Part shown: in pieces, positions 1 through 9,576 of the stretch
Layout of the letters: the number at the start of each line of letters is the position of its first letter
Numbering within the stretch: position 1 is the stretch's first letter
DNA from: Candidatus Omnitrophota bacterium
GTDB taxonomy: Bacteria; Omnitrophota; Gorgyraeia; Zapsychrales; Zapsychraceae
NCBI GenBank assembly: GCA_023247445.1
Contig: JAHFGL010000004.1
Coordinates: 1,520-65,519, forward strand
Length of the DNA: 64,000 bases
Reading direction: 5' to 3'
Program-made: the position numbers and the translations under genes
Notes under the pieces: model-generated
The model's input: only the letters and a program-made list of their open reading frames with translations
Databases searched by the model: none
What the model was told of the DNA's origin: nothing

Positions 1-464
1 TTAATTTAAATAAAATTTTTGAAGGGGTATTAAACATTGTGTGGAGTGAAATTAAATATAAGGCGGATTTAAAGCAAGAGTTGGGAGAGATTCCGCTGGT
101 TGAATGTAATGGTCAACAGATAGGCCAGGTATTTATTAATCTCCTTGTTAATGCAACTCAGGCCATCCAGGGGCGAGGCGTGATCACGGTGCGCACCTAT
201 GCGAAAGATGATTTTGTTTATGCTGAAATTACTGACACCGGAGAAGGCATCCCTGCGAATATTATTGATAAGATCTTTGATCCATTCTTTTCGACCAAGG
301 ACGTTAGCAAAGGTACGGGCTTGGGACTCAGTATTAGTTACGAAATTGTTAAGAATCATAACGGAGATATTAAAGTCATAAGTGAGGTTGGCCGTGGAAC
401 AACGTTTATCGTTTCTTTTCCAGCAATTATTGGTGAGTCCTTGGATAAAAAGGTTGATTCATGA
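1..464 (+). CDS. sensor histidine kinase, C-terminal HATPase_c fragment (5' end lies outside window)
   Basis: Frame of ORF 39..464 stays open back to base 3. ATP-lid motifs NLLVNA, DTGEGI and GTGLGLSI are present. 4-bp ATGA overlap with the next gene suggests an operon. Confidence 0.8.
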   Translation, partial: NLNKIFEGVLNIVWSEIKYKADLKQELGEIPLVECNGQQIGQVFINLLVNATQAIQGRGVITVRTYAKDDFVYAEITDTGEGIPANIIDKIFDPFFSTKDVSKGTGLGLSISYEIVKNHNGDIKVISEVGRGTTFIVSFPAIIGESLDKKVDS

Positions 465-1636
465 GTAAGCAAATTAATATTTTAGTTATTGATGATGAAG
501 AGAATATTCTAAAATCTCTTAAACGGATTTTTATCAATGATACTTTTGATGTCGCGACAACAACAAACCCTGATGAGGCGATGGCAATCTTGAGTCGCGA
601 AAAAATCAAAGTTGTGATCAGTGATCATCGCATGCCAACTATCTCCGGAGTGGAATTTTTGCGTCGAGTTAAAGAGCAATTCCCCGATATTGTTCGTATT
701 TTGTTTACGGGATATGCTGACGTTTCCGCGGCCGAAGAAGCGATTAATGTTAGTCAGGTCTATCGTTTTATCAATAAACCTTGGAATGTTTCGGAACTCA
801 AAGGTGTTATTTATCAGGCGATTCAATATTATGATTTGGTTCGGGAAAATCGTAAATTGTTTCAAGCGACGATTGCTAAAAATGAAGAATTAGAGATCGT
901 TAATCGAAAGTTAAAGGCGATGTATGAGATCCAGCGCGAATTTAGTTCAACCATATCCCATGAGTTAAGAACACCGCTAGCGTCTATTAAGCTCGCCATT
1001 GATATTGTTTTAAGCGGGACCACTGGAAAACTCTCGAATCAACAAGATGATTTTCTTAATAAAGCGAAGTTAAGTGTCGATCGATTAAAGCGATTGATCG
1101 ATGATATTTTAGATTTATCAAAGTTAGAGTATGGTAAGCAAAAACTAAATAAGCAATTGCAGGATATCCACCGTGTTGTTAACGAAGTTATTGCTTTGCA
1201 AGAACCCGTGGCGAAGCATAAAAATATTTATCTTAAAACGCAGCTTTCTTCTAATCTTCCCAAAATTCCCTATGACATTGATCGTATCCATCAAGTTTTG
1301 AATAATCTTATTAGTAATGCCATAAAGTTTACAGATCATGGCGGCATTGAAATTTCCGCTGTCTATAATGAGGAAGATCGGCATGTTGAAATTCATATTA
1401 AGGATACGGGTGTGGGCATTGAAGAAGAAGATATCCCTAAGCTTTTTAAAAAATTTCAACAGCTTGGTGATCCAGCCCGGCGGGCAACAGGGGGAACGGG
1501 GTTGGGGTTAGCAATTTGTAAAGAGATTATTGAACAACATGGTGGGAAAATTTGGGTAAATTCACATTATGGTCAGGGGAGTATATTTTCTTTTATATTG
1601 CCTCTTGAAGATAAGAATAAGGCCGCCAATTTTTAA
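461..1636 (+). CDS. hybrid response regulator-histidine kinase (N-terminal REC, HisKA H-box ISHELRTPLASI, HATPase_c)
   Basis: REC signature ILVIDDEEN...DHRMPTISG. H-box and G-boxes KDTGVGI, GGTGLGLAI. Confidence 0.85.
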   Translation: MSKQINILVIDDEENILKSLKRIFINDTFDVATTTNPDEAMAILSREKIKVVISDHRMPTISGVEFLRRVKEQFPDIVRILFTGYADVSAAEEAINVSQVYRFINKPWNVSELKGVIYQAIQYYDLVRENRKLFQATIAKNEELEIVNRKLKAMYEIQREFSSTISHELRTPLASIKLAIDIVLSGTTGKLSNQQDDFLNKAKLSVDRLKRLIDDILDLSKLEYGKQKLNKQLQDIHRVVNEVIALQEPVAKHKNIYLKTQLSSNLPKIPYDIDRIHQVLNNLISNAIKFTDHGGIEISAVYNEEDRHVEIHIKDTGVGIEEEDIPKLFKKFQQLGDPARRATGGTGLGLAICKEIIEQHGGKIWVNSHYGQGSIFSFILPLEDKNKAANF

Positions 1637-1681
1637 GTTGGCGAGCCTCGCCAAACAAAAATAATAAAAGGCGGGAGCATT

Positions 1682-2062
1682 ATGACATCTAAAAAAAGAA
1701 TTATGATTATTGAAGATGAAGTGGACTTGGCCGACATGCTTAAGTTTCAACTTGTGGCGAATGATTATGAAGTTTTTTTGGCTCATAATGGAGCGGATGG
1801 TTTAGCCAAATTAGCTGAGGCCAAACCAGATTTGATTCTTTTGGATCTTAATATGCCGAAGTTAGGTGGTGTTGAGTTCTGCCAACGCATTCAAACACCG
1901 GATGGGCATTTAAAATATCCGGTCCTAATCCTTACCGCTCGGGCCAATACAGAACAAATTTTTAAGAATTATCCCATTGCAGGTTTTATGACCAAACCTT
2001 TTAAGATTGAAGAATTATTAAATGAAATAAAAACTATTGTTGAGAAAAATAAGGGCAATTAA
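1682..2062 (+). CDS. single-domain response regulator (CheY-like REC)
   Basis: IMIIEDEVDLADML ... LLDLNMPKLGG ... KPF motif. 126 aa. RBS-like ggcggga upstream. Confidence 0.85.
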   Translation: MTSKKRIMIIEDEVDLADMLKFQLVANDYEVFLAHNGADGLAKLAEAKPDLILLDLNMPKLGGVEFCQRIQTPDGHLKYPVLILTARANTEQIFKNYPIAGFMTKPFKIEELLNEIKTIVEKNKGN

Positions 2063-2067
2063 ATTTA

Positions 2068-3786
2068 ATGCATCATTTAAATGACCAAAATATTCTAATC
2101 TTTTTAATTCAGGTCCTTATCTTGTTAGCTTGTGCAAGAGGATTGGGTGAGCTTTTTCATCTCTGGCGACAGCCGCCTATGATCGCCGAGATTTTGGTTG
2201 GTGTTGTTTTGGGACCAACAATTCTGGGACGATTTTATCCGACGCTACAGCTTGCCATTTTTCCCTTAGACCCGATTCAACAAACAATGTTAGAAACTGT
2301 TGCTTGGTTGGGGGTTTTTTTCCTTCTTTTGGAAGCAGGATTAGAAATTGATTTTGCCTCTGCCTGGCGACACAAAGGGGATGCGTTAACAATTGCTTTA
2401 ACGGGTGTTGTGATTCCTATTCTCGTAAGTTTCTTAGCCTGCTTATTTCTTCCGGATCAATATTTAATCAATCCCGATCAAAGAGTTATTTTTTCACTTT
2501 TTATGGCAACGGTTATGGCGATCACCGCGATGCCGGTTGTTTCGCGTGTCCTTTATGATTTGAGTCTTTCTAAAACAGATTTGGGTTTTCTCATTATGTC
2601 AGCGCATTCGATCAACGATATTTTAGGCTGGCTTATTTTTACCCTTGTTTTAGTTTTCTTTAGTACAGGGACTATTCTTATCGGTAAGATACTGGCCTTG
2701 TCTCTTATGGTTCTTGTTTTCTTAATGGTTGCATTAACTATCGGCCGTCATTTGACAGGTCGTACGATTATGTTTATCAAGAAAAAAGCTATGCCCGAGC
2801 CGAGCACCTCGCTTACTTTTATTTGTTTATTAGGATTATTTTGCGGGATGATTACGCAAAAGATTGGGATTCATGCTTTATTTGGATTTTTTATTGCTGG
2901 GGTTATGGCCGGCGGGGCAAAAGCATTATCTGAAAAAACAAGACAAGTTATTTCCCAAATGGTCTTTGCTATTTTTGTTCCACTATTTTTCGCGAGCATT
3001 GGGCTACGCATTGATTTTTTTAAGAATTTTGATCTGTTCCTAGTTTTGTTTTTAACTGTTTTTAGTATTGTTGGAAAATTTTTGGGAGGATATGTTGGCG
3101 CATCGATAAGTAAAAATTGGCGAGATGATCGTTTGGCTATTGCCGTTGCGCATACACCTGGTGGAATGATGGAGGTTGTCGTTGGAATTTTAGCTTTTGA
3201 AAGTGGATTAATTACAGAACCTGTTTTTGTTGCTATTATTTTTGGCGCGATCTCATCATCTATTATTGTGGGGCCGTGGCTCAATTATTCGCTTAGTCGA
3301 AAGAAAGAAGTCAGCATCTTAGACTATTTCTCCAAGCGAACAATTATTGGTCAATTAAAGAGTCAACAAAAGTCAGTGGCCATTGTTGAACTTTGTGATT
3401 TAGCTTCGATGCAAGGCGCAATGCCATCGACAGAAGAAATAACTAAAGCTGTTTTTCATCGTGAAGAGTCCATGGGAACAGCTATTGAAGAGGGGATCGC
3501 TTTGCCCCATGCCCGATTAGCATCGCTTCAGCGACCGATTGTCGTTTTTGGCCGTTCACTAAATGGCATTGACTGGGATTCCCCTGATGGGAAGCCTGCC
3601 CAATTTATTTTCTTATTATTAACTCCTGAAAAGGATGAAGGGATTCAGATTCAAATTTTGCGGGCGATTGCAACGGTGATGAGTGATGTTCAAACTCGAA
3701 AGGATATTTTAAACGCTCAAGATGTTGAGGAGGTTTGGACAATTCTGCAAAAAGATTTCAACCTATTTCGGGTAAAAAGAAAATAG
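2068..3786 (+). CDS. cation/proton antiporter (Na+/H+ exchanger family) fused to a C-terminal PTS EIIA type-2 (EIIA-Ntr-like) domain
   Basis: About 12 hydrophobic helices N-terminally. C-terminal approx 150 aa carry the EIIA-2 signature AIEEGIALPHARL with a putative phospho-His. Confidence 0.75.
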   Translation: MHHLNDQNILIFLIQVLILLACARGLGELFHLWRQPPMIAEILVGVVLGPTILGRFYPTLQLAIFPLDPIQQTMLETVAWLGVFFLLLEAGLEIDFASAWRHKGDALTIALTGVVIPILVSFLACLFLPDQYLINPDQRVIFSLFMATVMAITAMPVVSRVLYDLSLSKTDLGFLIMSAHSINDILGWLIFTLVLVFFSTGTILIGKILALSLMVLVFLMVALTIGRHLTGRTIMFIKKKAMPEPSTSLTFICLLGLFCGMITQKIGIHALFGFFIAGVMAGGAKALSEKTRQVISQMVFAIFVPLFFASIGLRIDFFKNFDLFLVLFLTVFSIVGKFLGGYVGASISKNWRDDRLAIAVAHTPGGMMEVVVGILAFESGLITEPVFVAIIFGAISSSIIVGPWLNYSLSRKKEVSILDYFSKRTIIGQLKSQQKSVAIVELCDLASMQGAMPSTEEITKAVFHREESMGTAIEEGIALPHARLASLQRPIVVFGRSLNGIDWDSPDGKPAQFIFLLLTPEKDEGIQIQILRAIATVMSDVQTRKDILNAQDVEEVWTILQKDFNLFRVKRK

Positions 3787-3810
3787 AATTCTTTAGAACT
3801 TATCTTAAGA

Positions 3811-3970
3811 TTGTCATGCCTGAATGTTTTTATCAGGCATCCAGTCTTACCTCGTTTAGATTCCCGCCATTGCTTTTCTCTAAAATGAAGGTAAAGCAAT
3901 GACGGTACCAACTTCCTCTAAATTATTTTAAAGGTAAGTTGGTGCCGCTTAAAGCATGCGGGAATGACAA
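3811..3970. repeat. MITE-like palindromic element with termini TTGTCAT...ATGACAA and inner inverted repeat ATTCCCGC...GCGGGAAT; contains hairpins atgcctga/tcaggcat and ggtaccaactt/aagttggtgcc
   Basis: Seen directly in sequence between convergent genes. The 26-bp 3' end ccgcttaaagcatgcgggaatgacaa recurs identically at 30665..30690. Confidence 0.55.
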
Positions 3971-4011
3971 GCTTTTACCATTTTTTGGATAACTCCGAGT
4001 CTTTTGCTATC

Positions 4012-5700
4012 TTACAAATTTTTAATTTTAAAAATATCTTCAGCCCTGGCCAGCGCCAGATCAATATGTCCTACGATGTTCTCTTGCCCAATGCGTTCCA
4101 CAATTCCTGATTGTTTAAGTGTCATAAGAAGATTTGAATTAACTCCTGATAGAATAAGTGTTGTCTTGCTCTTCTTTAATCTGTGGAAAAGATCTTCCAA
4201 AACCCGCAGACCCGTCGCATCAATAATGGGAACATAACGCATCCGCAAAATAAGTATTTGGGGTGGTCTTTCAAATTCACGCAGCGTATCTTTAAATTTT
4301 TCCGCTGCGCCAAAAAAGAAGGGTCCATAAATTTCATAAACTTCAACCCCTGACGGAACATTGCGTTTGGAGATAGCGTTGGGATCATCTGATTCGTCAT
4401 CTTCTGCCCCAATCGATTTTGTTAGCGCATTAACTTCAGTGACTTCCACCATCCGTTTCATAAAAAGAAATGCGGCAAGAACAACACCTACTTCAATGGC
4501 GACAGTTAAATCAACAAGAACGGTCAAAGAAAAGGTGATAAGCAGTACCGCAATATCACTTTTCGTACTACGAAAAAGTTTTATAAAGGTATGCCATTCG
4601 CTCATGTTGTAGGCAACTGTAATTAAGATCCCTGCGAGTGTCGCCATGGGAATTAAGGCCGCCCATTTTCCAAAAAATAAAAATATAAGAAGAAGTGTTA
4701 TGGCATGGATGATTCCTGCCACAGGCGTTCGTCCACCATTTTTAATATTGGTAGCCGTGCGTGCAATAGCTCCTGTTGCAGGAATTCCGCCAAATATAGG
4801 AGACGCAATGTTGGCTATTCCTTGCGCAATTAATTCCATGTTGGAACGGTGCCGTCGGCCAGTCATCCCATCAGCGACAACCGCGGAGAGAAGAGATTCA
4901 ATTCCTGCGAGTAATGCAATTGTTAGCGCTGGCGATAACAATTTAGAAAATAAATCAATGTTTAAAGGAAATGAAAATGGTAGATGGGGCATTGGTAACG
5001 TGCTGGGAACTTGACCAAATCTACTTCCAATGGTTTCAATGGGTAAATGTAATAATTGTGTTATTCCCGTTGTTAAGATTATGGCAATGAGTGTTCCTGG
5101 CAACTTTTGGGTCACCCGCGGCCAAAACATAATAATGAGCACCGTCAATATTCCTAGGCCGAAGGCATCAAAATTAATGGATGGTAGATTTTGTAAGTAG
5201 GCTAACCATTTGGCGAGAAAGTGTTCTGGGGTGTGTGTTAACGTCAATCCTAAAAAATCACGGATTTGTGTTGTGAAAATAATTAAGGCAATCCCACTGG
5301 TGAATCCAACGGTAACAGGATAAGGAATAAATTTGATCACATCACCCATGCGGGCGGCCCCTAATATAATAAGGAAGATCCCCGCCATAAAAGTGGCGGT
5401 GGCGAGGCCTTCATACCCATATTGTTGAACGATGTTATAAACAATAACGATGAATGCACCGGTGGGGCCGCCAATTTGTACGCGGCTGCCGCTAAAGGCA
5501 GAGATCAAAAATCCAGCAACAATGGCCGTGTAAATTCCTTGTTCAGGTTTAACTCCGGAGGCGATGGCGAAGGCAATTGATAGCGGAAGGGCAACAATGC
5601 CAACAATAATTCCAGCGATTAAATCGTGGGAGAAAGTTTTTGCAGAGTAACCTTCTTTGATTGCCGTTATTAATTTTGGTTCAAATGTTTTAGTGTGCAT
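4012..5700 (-). CDS. SulP-family inorganic anion transporter with C-terminal STAS domain
   Basis: Sulfate-transporter N-terminal motif GIYTAIVAGFL..GGPTGA. Multi-TM core. STAS-like C-terminus ILILRMRYVPIIDATGLRVLEDL. Confidence 0.85.
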   Translation of the reverse strand: MHTKTFEPKLITAIKEGYSAKTFSHDLIAGIIVGIVALPLSIAFAIASGVKPEQGIYTAIVAGFLISAFSGSRVQIGGPTGAFIVIVYNIVQQYGYEGLATATFMAGIFLIILGAARMGDVIKFIPYPVTVGFTSGIALIIFTTQIRDFLGLTLTHTPEHFLAKWLAYLQNLPSINFDAFGLGILTVLIIMFWPRVTQKLPGTLIAIILTTGITQLLHLPIETIGSRFGQVPSTLPMPHLPFSFPLNIDLFSKLLSPALTIALLAGIESLLSAVVADGMTGRRHRSNMELIAQGIANIASPIFGGIPATGAIARTATNIKNGGRTPVAGIIHAITLLLIFLFFGKWAALIPMATLAGILITVAYNMSEWHTFIKLFRSTKSDIAVLLITFSLTVLVDLTVAIEVGVVLAAFLFMKRMVEVTEVNALTKSIGAEDDESDDPNAISKRNVPSGVEVYEIYGPFFFGAAEKFKDTLREFERPPQILILRMRYVPIIDATGLRVLEDLFHRLKKSKTTLILSGVNSNLLMTLKQSGIVERIGQENIVGHIDLALARAEDIFKIKNL

Positions 5701-5855
5701 GTTGTTTGGGATTATTGCGATGAACTGAATTATATCAAGAATATTTATTAAATATAAATAAAGATTCTTTTTTAAAATCCAAATACAATTTTATTGTGTA
5801 GACTTATTTTCTAACTTCTTTTACAATACGTTTGCTATCAATGACTTGGAGAACT

Positions 5856-8321
5856 ATGAACAAAACTGATCTAGAAAAATATCAAAAATGGACCATCATG
5901 CATAAAGAAATGACGAAGGATGCTATCAAAACATCATTTCAAGTTAACCGCGAATACACCCTTTCTAAAGACCAGTACACCGCAACAACCCACGATAATT
6001 TCCTGGCGATAGCTTTTACCATTCGCGACCGCTTAGTCGAACGTTGGATCCAGACACAACAGAGTTACCATAAGAAAAATGTTAAACGTGTTTATTATCT
6101 TTCTCTTGAATTTTTGATTGGTCGATTGCTTGGCAATAATGTTTATAACCTTGGGCTCGAGAAAGAAGTTAATGAGGCGTTAGAAGAATTAGGATTTGAT
6201 TTGGAAGAAGTACGAGATCAAGAGCTTGATGCTAGTTTGGGCAATGGAGGTTTGGGTCGACTAGCTGCTTGTTTTTTGGATTCAATGGCCACTCTGGGCA
6301 TTCCCGCCCACGGTTACGGGATTCGTTATGAATATGGAATTTTTAATCAAAAAATTAAAGATGGTTTTCAAGTTGAATTGCCTGATGAGTGGCTGCGTTC
6401 TGGGACGCCATGGGAGTTTGCCCGTCCAGAATATGCGGTTAAGATTCGTTTTTATGGCGGGACCAACATGTTTTACGACAAAAATGGCAAACTCTGTGTC
6501 AAATGGATAGATACACAAGATGTCTTGGCGGTGCCGTATGATTTTCCTGTGCCGGGATATAAGAATGATGTGGTTAATACACTGCGGTTATGGTCGGCGC
6601 GAAGTACGGAAGAATTTGATTTTGATTATTTTAAAAATGGCGAATACGACCAGGCTGTTTATCAAAAGATTTTGTCGGAAAATATTTCTAAGGTACTTTA
6701 TCCATCCGACAATGTTCATCAAGGTAAAGAGCTTCGTTTAAAACAAGAATATTTTTTTACGGCCGCCTCAATTGCCGATATTGTCCGCCGATTCAAAACG
6801 GAGAATGTCGACTTTCGTAATATTCCCAATAAAATTGTTATTCAACTTAATGACACGCATCCGGCGCTGGCGATTGCCGAACTTATGCGGCTGTTGGTGG
6901 ATGAATATGAATTAGTGTGGGAGACTGCGTGGGATATTACCAAGCGAACATTTGCGTACACGAATCATACGATTATGCCAGAGGCGCTTGAATGTTGGTC
7001 CGTTGATCTTTTTGAACGCGTCTTGCCACGACATTTGCAAATTATTTATGAAATCAATGATCGGTTTTTAAAAGACGTGGCGGTTCAATATCCTGGAGAT
7101 TTGGAGCGACTAAGTCGGATGTCGCTCATTGAAGAGGGGTATCCCAAAAAAGTCCGCATGGCGCATTTAGCAATTGTGGGAAGTTTTTCCGTTAATGGGG
7201 TTTCGCAACTGCATTCGGAGCTTCTTAAGAGTCATCTTTTTCGAGATTTTTATGAATTTTATCCCGATAAATTTAACAATAAGACTAATGGCATCACCCC
7301 GCGCCGCTGGCTTCTTAAAGCTAATCCAAAACTTTCTTCCTTAATTACTGAGTCGTTAGGTGAAAATTGGGTGAAAGATCTTGGGCAACTTGAAAAGTTA
7401 TTGCCTTTAGCTGAGCAACAATTATTTCGTGGGGAGTGGCAGAAGATAAAGAATCAAAATAAAAAGGTCTTAGCGGCGTATATTGCCAAGACCAATAATA
7501 TTTCCGTCAATCCAGAATCTATGTTTGATGTCCAGGTCAAACGCATTCATGAATATAAACGTCAGCTTTTGTTTGCCTTTTATATTGTTTCGGAATATTT
7601 GAAGATTAAAAATAATCCCGGAGCCTTGACTGTGCCGCGAACGTTTATTATTGGCGGCAAAGCCGCGCCGTCGTATTCGATGGCGAAACTTTCCATTAAA
7701 TTTATTAACAGCATTGCGGATATTATTAATCGTGATAAAGCGGTGCGGGATAAAATTCAATTGGTCTTCTTAGAAAATTATCGCGTTTCTTTGGCGGAAA
7801 GAATATTTCCAGCGAGTGATTTGTCCGAGCAGATTTCAACCGCCGGCACCGAAGCCTCTGGAACAGGAAATATGAAATTTATGATCAATGGCGCATTGAC
7901 TATCGGCACGTATGATGGCGCGAATATCGAAATGGCCCAGGTCGTTGGCCCGGAGAATATTTTTATCTTTGGTTTACGAACGCATGAAGTCGAAGAATTA
8001 AAACGAAAAGGGTACAATCCACAGGATTTTATTAATCAATTACCGGTTTTACAGGAAATTTTTCATCTAATTCAAACCGGATTCTTCTCTTATAATCAAC
8101 CAGGATTGTTTGATCCAATTCTGCATTCGATTACTTCCTACGATCCATTTTTATTGTGCGCTGACTTTGCTGCGTATTGCCAGATGCAAGAGCAAGTTTC
8201 AAAGACCTATCAAAATAAGGAAGATTGGACGAAGAAATCCATTATCAACGTGGCCAAGTCTGGCTTCTTCTCCAGCGACCGCACGATTGCCGAATACGCC
8301 AAGAATATTTGGAAGGTGTAA
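5856..8321 (+). CDS. glgP: glycogen/alpha-glucan phosphorylase (PLP-dependent)
   Basis: Pyridoxal-phosphate site EASGTGNMKFMINGALTIGTYDGANIE. Length approx 820 aa. An alternative upstream start at 5832 exists, but GGAG precedes the ATG at 5856. Confidence 0.9.
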   Translation: MNKTDLEKYQKWTIMHKEMTKDAIKTSFQVNREYTLSKDQYTATTHDNFLAIAFTIRDRLVERWIQTQQSYHKKNVKRVYYLSLEFLIGRLLGNNVYNLGLEKEVNEALEELGFDLEEVRDQELDASLGNGGLGRLAACFLDSMATLGIPAHGYGIRYEYGIFNQKIKDGFQVELPDEWLRSGTPWEFARPEYAVKIRFYGGTNMFYDKNGKLCVKWIDTQDVLAVPYDFPVPGYKNDVVNTLRLWSARSTEEFDFDYFKNGEYDQAVYQKILSENISKVLYPSDNVHQGKELRLKQEYFFTAASIADIVRRFKTENVDFRNIPNKIVIQLNDTHPALAIAELMRLLVDEYELVWETAWDITKRTFAYTNHTIMPEALECWSVDLFERVLPRHLQIIYEINDRFLKDVAVQYPGDLERLSRMSLIEEGYPKKVRMAHLAIVGSFSVNGVSQLHSELLKSHLFRDFYEFYPDKFNNKTNGITPRRWLLKANPKLSSLITESLGENWVKDLGQLEKLLPLAEQQLFRGEWQKIKNQNKKVLAAYIAKTNNISVNPESMFDVQVKRIHEYKRQLLFAFYIVSEYLKIKNNPGALTVPRTFIIGGKAAPSYSMAKLSIKFINSIADIINRDKAVRDKIQLVFLENYRVSLAERIFPASDLSEQISTAGTEASGTGNMKFMINGALTIGTYDGANIEMAQVVGPENIFIFGLRTHEVEELKRKGYNPQDFINQLPVLQEIFHLIQTGFFSYNQPGLFDPILHSITSYDPFLLCADFAAYCQMQEQVSKTYQNKEDWTKKSIINVAKSGFFSSDRTIAEYAKNIWKV

Positions 8322-8423
8322 CTACGTTTAGACTGGTTTAATTTATTTATCAACACCCCTGCATTAGCTACGACCATTAGAAAAACTCACCTACGAACCC
8401 GATATCAAATTAAGAAAGGCGCG

Positions 8424-9176
8424 ATGAAGGGAATTTTAATTTTTATATTGTTATTTTTATTGCCCTTACATACGTTTGCTGAAGAAATAACCGTTGCCGC
8501 AACGGCGAATATTGGGTCTGCGCTCGAAGAATTAAAAGTAGAATTTGAAAAGGATTCTGGGGATAAATTAAAGGTCATTATTGGTTCTTCTGGAAAGCTG
8601 ACGACACAAATCGAAAACGGTGCGCCGTTTGATATTTTCATGTCCGCAGATATGAAATATCCACAGACACTTTTTGAAGAAGGATTGGCCGCGCAAGCTC
8701 CGAAAGTTTATGCCTACGGTGTTCTTGTCTTGTGGTCAACCAAGAATTTAGATTTATCCACGGGAGTCAATGTGTTAACTGGGCCAGAAATAAAAAAGAT
8801 CGCGTTGGCTAATCCACAAGTTGCGCCTTACGGCCGGGAGGCGGTCAATGTGCTAAAGTATTACAAATTGTATTCGGATGTGACGAAAAGACTTGTTTAT
8901 GGCGAAAGCATTGCCCAGGCTAACGATTTCATCAGCACGCAATCAGCTGATATTGGATTTACATCTAAATCAACGGTGCTTAGTCCAGATTTAAAAGACA
9001 AAGGCGTTTGGACAGAGATTCCTGCCGAGTCATATAATCGCATTGCCCAAGGAATGATTATTTTAAAACACGGCAAAAAGAATAATTTAGAAACTGCGCA
9101 AAAGTTTTATGATTTTGTTTTTTCAGCCAAGGCAAAATCTATTTTAAAGAAATATGGATATCTAATTGATGAATAA
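8424..9176 (+). CDS. modA: molybdate ABC transporter periplasmic binding protein
   Basis: Signal peptide. ModA-like motifs GSSGKLTTQIENGAPFDIFMSAD. Operon with permease and ATPase. Confidence 0.85.
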   Translation: MKGILIFILLFLLPLHTFAEEITVAATANIGSALEELKVEFEKDSGDKLKVIIGSSGKLTTQIENGAPFDIFMSADMKYPQTLFEEGLAAQAPKVYAYGVLVLWSTKNLDLSTGVNVLTGPEIKKIALANPQVAPYGREAVNVLKYYKLYSDVTKRLVYGESIAQANDFISTQSADIGFTSKSTVLSPDLKDKGVWTEIPAESYNRIAQGMIILKHGKKNNLETAQKFYDFVFSAKAKSILKKYGYLIDE

Positions 9177-9576
9177 GTTAACCGGAACAATTGTTCATAT
9201 CGAATCCTCTGAGCACATGTCGATGGTTGATGTTGATGTCAAAGGGGATATTTTTAGTTCCATTGTTTTGGAAACGCCAGAAACGGCGAGCTATTTAAAA
9301 GTTGGCAGGGCTGTTACGCTGATGTTTAAAGAAACAGAAGTGTCGATTGGGAAGAATCTCAGCGGGCAAATTAGTTTGCGCAATAGATTTGGCGCCGTCA
9401 TCCGCAGCATCGAAGCTTCGGGCATCTTAGCTAAAGTTCTTCTTGATTATCAAAGTGTGCAAATTGTTTCGGTCATCTCAGCACGTTCTGCCGTTAAACT
9501 CAATTTAAAAAAAGGTGATTCTGTGGAATGGTTAGTTAAGACCAATGAAGTTTCGCTGTTAACAGAGAAGGGTTAA
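9166..9576 (+). CDS. tandem Mop (molbindin/TOBE) domain molybdate-binding protein
   Basis: 136 aa, consistent with two approx 68-aa Mop repeats. Sits between modA and modB. Confidence 0.65.
   Translation: MMNKLTGTIVHIESSEHMSMVDVDVKGDIFSSIVLETPETASYLKVGRAVTLMFKETEVSIGKNLSGQISLRNRFGAVIRSIEASGILAKVLLDYQSVQIVSVISARSAVKLNLKKGDSVEWLVKTNEVSLLTEKG

Noticed and set aside
69-1459. Several minus-strand ORFs of 60-118 aa lying inside the histidine-kinase genes (69..359, 427..609, 509..865, 1145..1459)
   Set aside because: They are fully embedded antisense to strongly supported plus-strand CDSs, with low-complexity translations. This is typical of spurious ORFs in AT-rich DNA. The same reasoning applies to the many other short antisense or overlapping ORFs in the track.
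8322-8423. Moco riboswitch upstream of modA
   Set aside because: The intergenic region is only approx 100 nt and lacks the conserved Moco-RNA motifs I could recognise by eye. It would need a covariance-model scan.
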